64,000 bases of DNA from Candidatus Aenigmatarchaeota archaeon (GCA_038742305.1 JAVYKI010000004.1:19-64018), one strand, 5' to 3'; shown: positions 1-10,157, counted from the first letter of the stretch. Made by a program: numbers and translations. Notes: generated by a model from the letters alone, not told the origin.

Positions 1-198
1 TTCGAAAAGAATAAAGTTCCTTCTAATGTCGATAAAATTAGAAGATATGTTTCTCAAAAACTTAATCAAGAAGTTAGCTGGAATACTGTGAAAAAATATT
101 TAGAAGAGCTTGTAAAATTAGACAAGTTAAAGAAGATAATTTTACCTCATTCAAAAGAAAAAGATAAGGAAGGATTAACTCTTTATGAACCTAAATGA
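1..198 (+). CDS. 3' end of a CDS running in from upstream; C-terminal winged-helix-like segment
   Basis: Frame 1 is open from base 1 to a TGA at 196-198 (…VSWNTVKKYLEELVKLDKL…). It was not in the ORF track because it lacks a start in the window. Calling it an Orc1/Cdc6-like C-terminal winged helix is a guess. Confidence 0.3.
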   Translation, partial: FEKNKVPSNVDKIRRYVSQKLNQEVSWNTVKKYLEELVKLDKLKKIILPHSKEKDKEGLTLYEPK

Positions 199-1114
199 AA
201 TTATAAGAGAATTTCTGAAAAAAGGTTATTTTATAGATGAAGAGGTTATAAAATCTTTTAGTGAAGAAGAACTGAAAATAGTTTTATCTAAAATTTCAAA
301 AACAAGTAAACCTATTAAACTTTCAAAAGAAAAAATTCTTGAAATACTTTCGCTTCCTGAAAAGATAGAAATAGTAAACTTAGCTAGAAAAGGTGAAGTT
401 TCAATGATTGAAGTTTCTAAAATTATAAAAGAAAGGTATGATTATTTTTATAACTTACTAGTGAATAAAACTTTTTTACCTATAGTTTCGATAAATAAAA
501 TTGGAAAGTTTAAAAACTTCGGAATTATAGGCTTAGTTTATGGAATAGAAGGGAATAAAATATATGTCGAAGATATAACCGGAAAAATTGCTATAGAAAA
601 TATTTCAAATAAAAAAGTTTGGGAAGATTCTTGTTGTTTATTCGTTTGCAAAAAAGAAGATAATAAAATTTTGTGTAACGAAATAATTTATCCCGAACTA
701 ACTTTTTCTTCTTTTGAAAGAGAAATTGTCATTACTTTTAATAAAGAGTCTTCTTCAAAAAATCTAAACGCAATTATTTATGATAAAGAAGTAAAAATCG
801 AAGAAAATAGGGTATATCTAAATTTTGAAGTTCAGCCTTGTTTTCAAGTAAAAATTAACAATTCTTTAATAGTTTTTATAGATTTAAATAAAGTTAGCTT
901 TGATTTGGAAACTATTAAAAAGACTAGATTAATAGAAACAAAAATAGAGAAAACAATAAAATATGGAAGAGATATTTTCTTGTTAAAAGAATCTCCAAGC
1001 GTTTTTGTATTAATTGGAAAAGAAACAAAAATAATTGAAAAAGAGCCTTTTGTTGTAGAAATTTCGGAAAATGTAATTTTAGATTCAAGAAAAAAAGAAA
1101 TTATTAACATTTAA
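185..1114 (+). CDS. hypothetical protein; possible degenerate DP1-like (PolD small-subunit-like) N-terminal plus OB-fold protein
   Basis: 309-aa ORF ending 42 bp upstream of polB. The N-terminus (EFLKKGYFIDEEVIKSF) and a central block (GIIGLVYGIEGNKIYVEDITGKIAIEN) recall the DP1 N-domain and OB fold. No phosphoesterase metal-binding motifs were seen. Confidence 0.5.
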   Translation: MNLNEIIREFLKKGYFIDEEVIKSFSEEELKIVLSKISKTSKPIKLSKEKILEILSLPEKIEIVNLARKGEVSMIEVSKIIKERYDYFYNLLVNKTFLPIVSINKIGKFKNFGIIGLVYGIEGNKIYVEDITGKIAIENISNKKVWEDSCCLFVCKKEDNKILCNEIIYPELTFSSFEREIVITFNKESSSKNLNAIIYDKEVKIEENRVYLNFEVQPCFQVKINNSLIVFIDLNKVSFDLETIKKTRLIETKIEKTIKYGRDIFLLKESPSVFVLIGKETKIIEKEPFVVEISENVILDSRKKEIINI

Positions 1115-1155
1115 GTATAGAAAAGTTTTTAAATTAAAAGGTAAGAGCTATTTAT

Positions 1156-3819
1156 ATGAATGTAAAATTTGTGCTTCTAGATGCTGATTATGTAATGCTA
1201 GAAAACAAACCGATTATTAGAATTTTTGGTAAAACTCCTTCAAACCAATCTATTACTATTTTCTTCACAGATTTCTTTCCCTATTTTTATGTAAAAACAA
1301 AATCTGTAAATAAACTTTTAGAGTTTTTGGAAAGGTTTAGAAATGAAATAGTAAAAATTGAGGAAGTGGAAAAACATGAGCCAATAGGTTATAGTGAAGA
1401 AAAAGTTAAGCTAATTAAAATAACTTTAAAAAATCCTTCAAAAGTTCCTGAAATAAGAGAAGAATTAAATAAGCAAAGCTTTGTTGAAAAAACTTATGAA
1501 GCTGACATCCTTTTTAAGTATAGGTTTTTAGCAGATAAAAATCTTTCTGGAATGAAATGGTATGAAGCAGAAGGAAATTTTGTAAATTCAGAAACTGTTT
1601 TTTCTGAACTTAAATTTGAAGCAAAAAATTTTAAAGAAACAGAAGATATTCAATTTGAGCCAAAAGTATTATCTATTGATATAGAATGTTTTAACGAAAA
1701 AGGCAAGCCAGACCCAGAAAAGCATCCTATTATTTTAATTTCTTTAGCTTTCAGCCATGAATATAGAGGTTATAAAAATCTAGTTTTAGCTTCAAAGAGA
1801 ATTCCTTTTAATAACAACTTATTTTCTTTTGAATCAGAGGAAAAAATGTTGGCAGAGTTTTTAAGAATATTGAGAGAATATGATCCAGATTTAATAATAG
1901 GTTATAACATTGTAAATTTTGACCTTCCTTATATAGTAAAGAGAATGCAAGTTAAAGGAATTAAACCTTATTTAGGAAGAGCAAAGAAAATTCCTAAAGT
2001 TGAAAAAATTTCAGAAGGAAAGTATAGAGTATCTATAGTTGGTAGAATCGTTTTGGATATTTACGAAATTTTAAAGGAAATGTCTAAAAAAGGTATGTTT
2101 AAATCAAAGAGATTAGGGTTAGGAGATGTAGCTTCTATATTAATTGGAGAAACAAAAGTTGATATAGATAAAAGCGAAATTCCAAAGCTTTGGAACGGCA
2201 ATTTAGAAGATATTAAAACTTTAATAGAATATTCAAGAAAAGACGCTGAATTAGTTCTAAAATTGTTTTATAAGCTTGATGTTTTTAAATCCTATTCTGA
2301 ATTATCAAAATTAACTGGCTTGTTAATGCAGGATGTTTTAAGTGGTTCAGAATCTCAAAGAATAGAAAATTTATTGTTAAGAGAATTTAATAAAAGAGGT
2401 TTTGTTTTACCAAATAAGCCGAGTAAAAAAGAACTAGAAGAAAGAAAAACAAAAGAAATAAAAGGTGCAATAGTTTTAGAGCCAATATATGGCTTGCATT
2501 CAAACGTTATTTATTTAGATTTTAAATCTCTATACCCAAGCATAATTATTGAATATAATATTTGCACGACAACGCTTTTATTAAACGAAAGAAAAGATTT
2601 AAAATATATTCAAACTCCTTATGGAGCAAAGTTCGTTTCTAAAGAAATAAGGAAAGGTATAATTCCCGAAATATTAAGCTTTTTAATAGAAGAAAGAGAT
2701 AAAGTTAAGAAACAAATGAAGCAAGAAAAGGATGAAGAAAAAAAGAAAATACTAGATGCAAGACAATGGGCTTTAAAAATTTTGGCCAATGCTTTTTATG
2801 GTTATTCTGGATATATAAAGGCTAGATTATTTGTATCTGAAATAGCAAATTCTATAACTAGCTTTGGAAGATATTGGATTACTACTATAAAGAACATTTT
2901 TGAGAATGAGCTAAATAGAAAAGTTGTTTATGGGGATACAGATTCTGTAATGGTGAAAGGTTTAAGCGAAAATTTAGAAGATTTATTTAAAGAAGCTGAA
3001 AGTTTAGAAAAAGAAATTAATTCTAGAACACCACCTTCAATTAAAATGAAAGTGGAAGGAATTTTTAAAAAGATAGTATTCTTAACTAAGAAAAAATATG
3101 CTGGTTATTTGTTTGAAAGCCCAAAAGAAGAGGGAAAAATTATAATGAAAGGAATAGAAACTGTGAGAAGGGATTGGTGTGATCTAGTTACGGAAACTTT
3201 AACAGAATTTTTTAGAATAATTTTAATTGAAGGAACAACAGAGCAGGCAATTAATTATTTGAAAAATGTAGTAGAAAAGTTGAGAAAAGGCGAGATAGAT
3301 GTTGAAAAGCTTGGAATAGTAAAAACTTTATCAAGACCTCTTAATGCTTATAAAGGTCAGCAGCCGCATGTAGAATTAGTTAAGAAAATGATAAAAAGAG
3401 GAGAACCAAATATTCCTTCTGTTGGAGATAGAATTACTTACGTTATTGTTGCTGGACCGCAAAAAATTGTGGAAAGGGCTGAAACAGTAGAATATGTAAA
3501 GAAAAATAAAATACCGATAGATGTTAATTATTATTTAGAGCATCAATTGTTACCGCCACTAGAAAGGGTTTTAGAAGTTTTAGGTTATACAAAAACTCAA
3601 TTTTTAACAGGAAGCAAACAAATTTCTATTTTTTCTATAATTAATTCTCAAAATAATGGTAATGGAAAATCTGCAATTAAAGTTTCTGAGCTTGAAGGAT
3701 TTATTTGTGAAAATTGCAATCAAGTATATAGAAGACCTTTTTTAACTTTAAAATGTGAATGTGGAGGAAAAATAGTTTTTTATTCTAGAAAATATAAATC
3801 AGAAACAATTATAATTTAA
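1156..3819 (+). CDS. polB: family B DNA polymerase with 3'-5' exonuclease domain
   Basis: Exo I LSIDIECF; Exo II YNIVNFDLPYI; motif A DFKSLYPSII; motif B KILANAFYGYSGY; motif C VYGDTDSV; C-terminal Cys cluster CENCN…CECGG. At 887 aa there is no room for an intein. Confidence 0.95.
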   Translation: MNVKFVLLDADYVMLENKPIIRIFGKTPSNQSITIFFTDFFPYFYVKTKSVNKLLEFLERFRNEIVKIEEVEKHEPIGYSEEKVKLIKITLKNPSKVPEIREELNKQSFVEKTYEADILFKYRFLADKNLSGMKWYEAEGNFVNSETVFSELKFEAKNFKETEDIQFEPKVLSIDIECFNEKGKPDPEKHPIILISLAFSHEYRGYKNLVLASKRIPFNNNLFSFESEEKMLAEFLRILREYDPDLIIGYNIVNFDLPYIVKRMQVKGIKPYLGRAKKIPKVEKISEGKYRVSIVGRIVLDIYEILKEMSKKGMFKSKRLGLGDVASILIGETKVDIDKSEIPKLWNGNLEDIKTLIEYSRKDAELVLKLFYKLDVFKSYSELSKLTGLLMQDVLSGSESQRIENLLLREFNKRGFVLPNKPSKKELEERKTKEIKGAIVLEPIYGLHSNVIYLDFKSLYPSIIIEYNICTTTLLLNERKDLKYIQTPYGAKFVSKEIRKGIIPEILSFLIEERDKVKKQMKQEKDEEKKKILDARQWALKILANAFYGYSGYIKARLFVSEIANSITSFGRYWITTIKNIFENELNRKVVYGDTDSVMVKGLSENLEDLFKEAESLEKEINSRTPPSIKMKVEGIFKKIVFLTKKKYAGYLFESPKEEGKIIMKGIETVRRDWCDLVTETLTEFFRIILIEGTTEQAINYLKNVVEKLRKGEIDVEKLGIVKTLSRPLNAYKGQQPHVELVKKMIKRGEPNIPSVGDRITYVIVAGPQKIVERAETVEYVKKNKIPIDVNYYLEHQLLPPLERVLEVLGYTKTQFLTGSKQISIFSIINSQNNGNGKSAIKVSELEGFICENCNQVYRRPFLTLKCECGGKIVFYSRKYKSETIII

Positions 3820-4388
3820 TGATAAACTGGATAACAGAAATCGATAAAAATATTAGTTTATTCTTTTTAAATTTTAAAAACCCAATTTTAATTTCATTTT
3901 TCATAGATTTGTACTATTTATTTTACTTTGTTTTCCTAATTTTTATATTATTCGTTTATTTTATAGAAAGAGATAGAAAAAAATTTAGAAAAATAGCAAT
4001 TATTACATTAATAGGCTTTATATTGGTTTTTTCTTTGAAATTTTTAATTAAAAGGGAAAGACCAGAAACTTCTTTAATAATTAAAACAGATTATTCTTTT
4101 CCTTCTTCACATTCATTCTTTTCTACAGTTCTTTTCGCTTTTTCCGGAAGCGGTTTTATAGGATTGTTATTTAAATTAATTTCTATACTTTCTTTTATTT
4201 CTCTTCTTTATATTCAAGTTCATTATTTTTCAGATGTAGTCTTTTCTATTCTCCTTTTTCTTTTTATCAACTATTTTTATAACTTTATAGAGAATTTCTT
4301 AAAATTAGCAGAAAAGAAGAAACTAGAAGTAGGAAAGATAACCATTCAAAGAAGAAAAATAAAGGTAAAGAAAGCAAGAAAAGAGTAA
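3819..4388 (+). CDS. PAP2-family membrane phosphatase (possible dolichyl/undecaprenyl pyrophosphate phosphatase)
   Basis: Polytopic membrane protein carrying the three PAP2 signature blocks KRERP, PSSHS and HYFSDV. Start overlaps the polB stop (TAATG). Confidence 0.8.
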   Translation: MINWITEIDKNISLFFLNFKNPILISFFIDLYYLFYFVFLIFILFVYFIERDRKKFRKIAIITLIGFILVFSLKFLIKRERPETSLIIKTDYSFPSSHSFFSTVLFAFSGSGFIGLLFKLISILSFISLLYIQVHYFSDVVFSILLFLFINYFYNFIENFLKLAEKKKLEVGKITIQRRKIKVKKARKE

Positions 4389-5640
4389 AGGAGATTAATT
4401 TAACATTTCTCTTTATTAAAGAGATAAAAACAATAGATAAAGGTAAGAACAAAGTGTATACTGGATTATACAAAACGGAAATCGAGCTTATTAATAGTAA
4501 AAATATATAACTTAGATTGAACTTTTTGCTTAAAAATGTAGCAACTAAAAGCAAAATAGAGAAAATTAATAGAAATGGCTTAAGCAAAAAAGCTAAAAAG
4601 GATAATAGAAATAGAAATTCTATCTTTTCTTTTTTAAGAATTAAAACTACAAGAACCGAAAGGAAAACTATAAAAGAGATAATGTCTAGAGTAAATATTT
4701 TGAAGCTTTTATTTTCTTCAAAATGTATTGGAGAAGAGGAATAAAACTTTATATATTCTAAGCTTTTCTTATCTATTGGAGTTTCAGAAATTATTAAAGT
4801 AGAAATTTTGTTTTGAAGTTCGAGAGTAAATGGTATGTAAAAAGAGAAAAGAGATTTGTTATCAATTTCTATTTCAATCGGATTTTCAAAATATTTTTCG
4901 TTAAAAATTATTTTAATTCCGCTTTGATTTAATATTTTTTCTAAAATATTAATGCAAAAATCTTTTAGCTCTATGTTTAAGTAAAGAAATGAATATACTC
5001 TTCTAATTTCATTATAATTAAAACTTTTTATGCAAGATTGATTAAAAAGAAAATATTTTAAAATAGCCGAATTATTTGATATTGTAATATTTTGCCAATT
5101 TTTAATTTCTTCTATTTCATAAGTTTTGTTATCAAATTTTACTGTGTTGTTTTCTATTGGAAGATTAATTAATGTATAAAATTTTACTTCTTTAATTTCT
5201 TTTAGCTTATAATCAGGCTCTTTAAAGTAAACTTTATCAAGCTCTTGATAATAATCTAATTTTGATAATTTTAATCTTTCTATATTTTCTGCTTTTGCTT
5301 CATATCTATTAAAATTTATTGGAATGTTAATCAAATTTCTTTTAATTTCATTTACTTCAAAATAAGAATAATTAGAAAAAACACATTTATACATTCCGCT
5401 TTCAGTTAATAAAAAGAAAGTTTGATTTTCTTTTAATTTTTGAATAAAATTAAAGAAATCACTTTTAGATAAAGGTTTTATGTTTTGCGAATTTGATATA
5501 ACATTTAATAATTTTTCATTAAAAATTTGTTTTTCGCAAGAGTTTGTGGAAATTGTTAAATATGAAGAAGTAAATAAAAGTGAAATAGCTATTGAAGCTA
5601 CTATGCTAATTATTAATATACTTTTAAATGTCAACTTCAT
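4285..5640 (-). CDS. membrane-anchored, sequon-rich putative surface glycoprotein
   Basis: N-terminal signal/TM helix, roughly 300-aa extracytoplasmic region with many N-x-S/T sequons, then a C-terminal multi-helix hydrophobic region. It lies directly downstream of aglB on the same strand. Confidence 0.6.
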   Translation of the reverse strand: MKLTFKSILIISIVASIAISLLFTSSYLTISTNSCEKQIFNEKLLNVISNSQNIKPLSKSDFFNFIQKLKENQTFFLLTESGMYKCVFSNYSYFEVNEIKRNLINIPINFNRYEAKAENIERLKLSKLDYYQELDKVYFKEPDYKLKEIKEVKFYTLINLPIENNTVKFDNKTYEIEEIKNWQNITISNNSAILKYFLFNQSCIKSFNYNEIRRVYSFLYLNIELKDFCINILEKILNQSGIKIIFNEKYFENPIEIEIDNKSLFSFYIPFTLELQNKISTLIISETPIDKKSLEYIKFYSSSPIHFEENKSFKIFTLDIISFIVFLSVLVVLILKKEKIEFLFLLSFLAFLLKPFLLIFSILLLVATFLSKKFNLSYIFLLLISSISVLYNPVYTLFLPLSIVFISLIKRNVKLISFTLFLLSLPLFFFFEWLSFLLLVSSFLLILRNSL

Positions 5641-7912
5641 AAATTTTAACTTCAGGATTATTAAATACTAGCTTAAAGTACTTCATATCTTTACCATTTA
5701 AGAAATAAAGTTTTGCAAAAACGCTGTTAGCAAGCTCTTCATCCGCTAAATATAAATAAGCAGGTAATTGAAGGTTTCCTAAATTAAAAGTAAGCAAAGG
5801 ATCCCCAAAAATTACTAAATTTAAGGTATTCGAGTAGCCAGCATCTTGAGCTTTATAAATTATTGGTTCATTATTAATGCTTAAAACAACTTCTTTAACA
5901 GGCTCATTTCTTATAAATCCTACTATTGAATTGTTTCTAAAAGTTAAATAAATTGGCACTTCTATAATTTGATTTCCAAAAGCTTGATAGCTAACGTATT
6001 TTATTCTATTTTCTTGACTATTTTGAATATCTATTGTGGCTATTCCAAAAACTTTCCCTTCTGCAAGCTTTTTATTATAGAAAAATTCTTCAATACCTTC
6101 TTTTGTATAGCAAATCGCTGTATTAGGATAATATTTTCTAATGCAAGAAGAGAAGTAATAAGGCCAATAAAATTTATAAATTAAATCTTGGGAAGCAATA
6201 AAGTAAATTTTGTTTATTTTAATATTGCAAATACTTTCGTTAAAGAAAGGAAAAGCTTCTTTAACTTTTTTACAATCTTCTTGTGAAATTTGTGAATACT
6301 TTTTCAATAATTCATATGCTTCTGTTTCGTTCGTAGTAGTTAATATTCTACCCATATCCTGTATCCTAATATCGTGATTATAAGGAATGCAATGTTCCCA
6401 ACCGCAATGAGCACCGTCTGCATGAACTTTTAAATTTGTATATCCAGCAAATATATGTCCAGGGTCCCACCAAGTTGCCACTAATGTAGTTTCGTTTCCA
6501 TTATTTTTCAAAAAATCTAAAGCTTTTCTCCAATTTTCATTAACTTCCATACCTCTCATATTATTTGCTAAATCGTTGGCTTGAGAAATATAAAAGAAAG
6601 ATAAAACTAATAAAGAAGCAAAATAGAAAGTAATTAAAAACTTGGAAATTTCTAAATCTTCTTTATATTTCTTTTTTAGAAAGTTTTCTAGTTTTGTAGA
6701 AAATTCTGATATTAAAATAGCTAAGCGACTTACTGAAAATCCTGTAAATATCGATAATGCTGTTGAAAATAATAGCCCAAATCTAACACCTTGAGAAATT
6801 AAATATAGAGAAAGAACAAACCAAACAAACAAAAACATTTCATTTAAAGTAAATTCTTTTCTTTTTATAATTTTTTCTAAAAAGATTATACTAATTCCAA
6901 AAATACTAAAGTAAAGTGGAAACATTCCTACTCTTGCTACAACTTCTTGGCTAAAAATGCTAATTCTTTGCAATTCCGCTACAGAAACGTTTACTAAAAG
7001 TGCATGAGTTAAACCACCTTTTATTAATAATGTTAACTGACCTATAAAAGTGTCTAATGGTTTTGGAAGAGCTAAATAAGGATAAAATATTTTTTCCAAA
7101 ACTATTGAAAGAAGTTGAATAAAAATTAATAAGGAAATAAAAGAAAAGAAGAGGAAAAGTTTATCATTAAACAAAATTATTTTTTTGTTTTTGAAATAGT
7201 TTTTTGCTATTTCTAAAATATAATAAAAGAAAAGGAAAGCTAAAAAAATGTTTGAAATATAATAAGCAGAATTCCAGTTAAAAGCAAAAAGTAAATAAGA
7301 AAAAGCAGAAAAGAGAAAAACTGCCAAAAAATTTAAAATCGTCTTTTTATTTTTCCAAAATTCTTTATTTCTTTCCAAAAAGTTTAAAAACATTAGGGTT
7401 GAAAGTACAGTTAGAAAAGTATAAGTTACATAAATAACATCACTATCAACATATCCAGCCATAGAAACAGAAATAAAAGCGGGGCTAAACGCTATAACTA
7501 TAGTAGAAATAATTGATGCAAAAAAGCTTCTAGTTAAATAATATGCTAGAGCAAATCCTATTAAGCATGCAAAACCAACATAATAAACAACAAAATATAC
7601 ACTAAACTTTTCTAGGCTTATTTCTATAAATTTTGAAACTAAAACATAAAAGAAAGCAATAGTATAAGAATATCCATCAACAAAATAAGGTCTTCCTGGA
7701 GGGAAATAGCTTAGAGTATCCCAGCTAGGTGGAACTAATCCTAGACCATTTTTATAATTTTCAACAATTTCTTTTGCATGCCTATAGAAAAACCATGGGT
7801 CATAATCCATTGGTATATCAACATAAGAAGTTTTTAATCTTATAAACATTGCAAACCATATAACAGTTATCAATATGCTAATCCAAGCTAAATTTTTTAA
7901 TATACTGTTCAT
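5624..7912 (-). CDS. aglB: archaeal oligosaccharyltransferase AglB (STT3 family)
   Basis: About 13 TM helices N-terminally, DxD in first loop (PMDYDPWFF), and a WWDxG catalytic motif (ATWWDPGHIFAGY) at the start of the periplasmic domain. Confidence 0.9.
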   Translation of the reverse strand: MNSILKNLAWISILITVIWFAMFIRLKTSYVDIPMDYDPWFFYRHAKEIVENYKNGLGLVPPSWDTLSYFPPGRPYFVDGYSYTIAFFYVLVSKFIEISLEKFSVYFVVYYVGFACLIGFALAYYLTRSFFASIISTIVIAFSPAFISVSMAGYVDSDVIYVTYTFLTVLSTLMFLNFLERNKEFWKNKKTILNFLAVFLFSAFSYLLFAFNWNSAYYISNIFLAFLFFYYILEIAKNYFKNKKIILFNDKLFLFFSFISLLIFIQLLSIVLEKIFYPYLALPKPLDTFIGQLTLLIKGGLTHALLVNVSVAELQRISIFSQEVVARVGMFPLYFSIFGISIIFLEKIIKRKEFTLNEMFLFVWFVLSLYLISQGVRFGLLFSTALSIFTGFSVSRLAILISEFSTKLENFLKKKYKEDLEISKFLITFYFASLLVLSFFYISQANDLANNMRGMEVNENWRKALDFLKNNGNETTLVATWWDPGHIFAGYTNLKVHADGAHCGWEHCIPYNHDIRIQDMGRILTTTNETEAYELLKKYSQISQEDCKKVKEAFPFFNESICNIKINKIYFIASQDLIYKFYWPYYFSSCIRKYYPNTAICYTKEGIEEFFYNKKLAEGKVFGIATIDIQNSQENRIKYVSYQAFGNQIIEVPIYLTFRNNSIVGFIRNEPVKEVVLSINNEPIIYKAQDAGYSNTLNLVIFGDPLLTFNLGNLQLPAYLYLADEELANSVFAKLYFLNGKDMKYFKLVFNNPEVKIYEVDI

Positions 7913-7928
7913 TAAAAATAATAGAAAT

Positions 7929-8402
7929 TTATTCTAAAATTTCTTTTAATTTCTTAAAATGTTTAGAAGCTTTGTTTTTGGAAAATCTTTTTGTTTCTAA
8001 AATTTCATTCATTAAATTTAAAAATTCTGAAGATTTGTTTCCTAAAACTTTTGGTAAATATGCTTTGTAAATTTCAATCTCCTTTAATTCTCGTTTTAAA
8101 AGATTATAATTTCTTTGACTAACTTTATTTTCTAAAATGTTTTTTATTGTTTCAATCTTTGATGCTAAAACACTTATAGCCTCTTTACTTCCTCTTTCAA
8201 TTAAAGTTCTTTGTAATTCTTGAGCTTTAAATCTTTTCCATAAAACAAAAACTACTAGAATTATAATAATAATTCCTAAAAGCACTGAAAAGAATGAAGT
8301 TGTATAAGAAGCTACTGCATATGCTTCTATATTAAATATTTCTAAAAAGCCAGCTAATATTAATAAAGCAGCAACAAGCAGTAATAATCTTACATCTTCC
8401 AT
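7929..8402 (-). CDS. small membrane protein with coiled-coil tail
   Basis: N-terminal TM helix then a K/E-rich helical region. Sits in the same-strand cluster between the 372-aa protein and aglB. Confidence 0.5.
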   Translation of the reverse strand: MEDVRLLLLVAALLILAGFLEIFNIEAYAVASYTTSFFSVLLGIIIIILVVFVLWKRFKAQELQRTLIERGSKEAISVLASKIETIKNILENKVSQRNYNLLKRELKEIEIYKAYLPKVLGNKSSEFLNLMNEILETKRFSKNKASKHFKKLKEILE

Positions 8403-8412
8403 AAATTATTTA

Positions 8413-9531
8413 TTATTTAAATACTTTAAAATTCCTTTGCTTTTTTATAAAATTTAAAACAAAAGATTTTTTAAACGCTTCCATATCTAGCTTTTTTAAT
8501 TCTTCTTCAAGCTCTTTTACATTTTCAAAAATTTTTATTAGTTTTGCATCCCTTACAGCTTCTCTAACTTTCCAAACCCCTAAAGATGCCGCCAAAGAGC
8601 TTTTTATTTTTCTATAAATAATTACTGCTGCTTGTTTCTTAATTTTATACAAATATTCGCATATTCCTAATTTTGCTGCATAGTAGCCGCCTGCAACATT
8701 TTCTGGATAATCTTTTCTTCCAAACAAACCTTCAAAATCATGATAAATATTTTTGTTATAAATTTCGAAAATTTCGTAAATAAAGCTGTATGGCAAAAGA
8801 AAAATGTAATATTCATTATTTAAATATTCGTTATAAAGAAGCATTGGTTTTTCTATAAATTCGAATTCTCTAATTTGTTTTACTAAAAAATCAGAAATTA
8901 TAGAATCTACTGCTGTTATGCTCCATCTTGTTGGAACTAATTTTCTTTCGCTATATTTTCCAATTAAACCAGCTGAAAAAATTTTTTCTATTCTAGAAAT
9001 TTCTAAATTTTTTGTATAAAGCTCTATTACCGCTTCTCTAGCTTTTATATTTTCATTTATCAAATCTTCTACAATTTTTTCAGCAGAAACGTTATCTACA
9101 ATTTTTACTTCTTGAATTAAAGTTGGATTGCCTATTGGACGAGAAAACTTGAAAAAAGTTATTTTAAAAGAAGGTTTTTTAATTTTTAATTCTACATCTA
9201 TAGGTCTTTTGGATAGAGTAATTTCCTGGAATTTTTCTAGTAGTTTGTTTTTCGAATAAACATTTTCTTTAGTAAAAGAATAAACTAAGTTAGCTCTTAA
9301 TTTTAATATTGAAATTTCATCTAGCCTTTCTTTATACCATAGCTCAGGATAATCTAGAATATAAGACCTTTCATCTTCTTTATAATTTGTTAATATGCCA
9401 ATATTTGTAATAGGGTAAGATTTCGAAGAAACAAAAATGCTTGGAGGAGAAGTTCCAAACAAATTTTCTTTAAGCTTTATAATTTTATAAACTTTAAAGA
9501 ATTCTTTTCTTATTTCTTCAGGAATTTTCAT
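8413..9531 (-). CDS. conserved hypothetical protein (no family recognised by eye)
   Basis: 372-aa soluble protein whose stop overlaps the upstream flavin-reductase-like gene (4-nt overlap). No motif recognised. Confidence 0.55.
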   Translation of the reverse strand: MKIPEEIRKEFFKVYKIIKLKENLFGTSPPSIFVSSKSYPITNIGILTNYKEDERSYILDYPELWYKERLDEISILKLRANLVYSFTKENVYSKNKLLEKFQEITLSKRPIDVELKIKKPSFKITFFKFSRPIGNPTLIQEVKIVDNVSAEKIVEDLINENIKAREAVIELYTKNLEISRIEKIFSAGLIGKYSERKLVPTRWSITAVDSIISDFLVKQIREFEFIEKPMLLYNEYLNNEYYIFLLPYSFIYEIFEIYNKNIYHDFEGLFGRKDYPENVAGGYYAAKLGICEYLYKIKKQAAVIIYRKIKSSLAASLGVWKVREAVRDAKLIKIFENVKELEEELKKLDMEAFKKSFVLNFIKKQRNFKVFK

Positions 9532-10082
9532 TTACTTTCTTTAATTATTCCGTTTGTTGTAAAAAAATTGCCTTTTATGTGAAAAGGTATTTTTACTTTT
9601 TTCAAATCAAATCCAAAACGCTCATCGTACAAATCTTTTTCATATTCTGCATTTAATACTTTGCCAATATAAAATCTTACTTCTCCAACATCAACATAAT
9701 TTATTACTTTGCATTCTGCAAAAGCTAAACAATCTTCTATTATAGGAACATTAGTTTTTTCCCCCTTCTTTACTTTTAAATTAGCTTTTTCTATTTTGTT
9801 AACCTCTCTTCCACTAACACTTCCAAGGAAAAATATTAAATCTATTTTTTCAAAAGGCAAGATGTTTATAGAAAATTCTTTATATTTTTCTATTAGCTCA
9901 AAAGTATATGTTTTTTTATCTACTACAATTCCACAGCTTGGAACATCTTCTGCTATTGGAGTATTCCAGCCACAAGCCATAAAATTTGCATCTTTTCCAT
10001 ATTGACCGCTTCCAACTATTACAACATTTCTTGGATGCATTATTTTCCAAAACTTTTCAAGATTTTTAATTTTAACTTTCAT
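9528..10082 (-). CDS. flavin reductase-like FMN-binding domain protein (flavoredoxin-like)
   Basis: About 180 aa with MHPRNVVIVGSG…ANFMACGWNTPI, typical of the flavin reductase-like split-barrel domain. Confidence 0.7.
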   Translation of the reverse strand: MKVKIKNLEKFWKIMHPRNVVIVGSGQYGKDANFMACGWNTPIAEDVPSCGIVVDKKTYTFELIEKYKEFSINILPFEKIDLIFFLGSVSGREVNKIEKANLKVKKGEKTNVPIIEDCLAFAECKVINYVDVGEVRFYIGKVLNAEYEKDLYDERFGFDLKKVKIPFHIKGNFFTTNGIIKESK

Positions 10083-10157
10083 AAATAAATCCTTCTTAAA
10101 TAGAAAAATTGTTTAGATTATTTTTTTCTTTTTTTTTTTTGCATGCCATAATATATT

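Noticed and set aside
844-1110. 88-aa minus-strand ORF
   Set aside because: Lies entirely inside the 185..1114 plus-strand ORF. The sequence is low-complexity hydrophobic and typical of antisense reading of AT-rich coding DNA.
4517-4744. 75-aa plus-strand ORF
   Set aside because: Embedded antisense in the 4285..5640 membrane glycoprotein gene.
10124-10141. Long T-tract (about 20 nt, tttttttcttttttttttttg) in the divergent region between the flavin-reductase-like and tRNA-binding genes
   Set aside because: Homopolymeric A/T runs are common in this AT-rich genome. It could act as a bidirectional terminator or promoter spacer. There is nothing specific to test beyond noting it.
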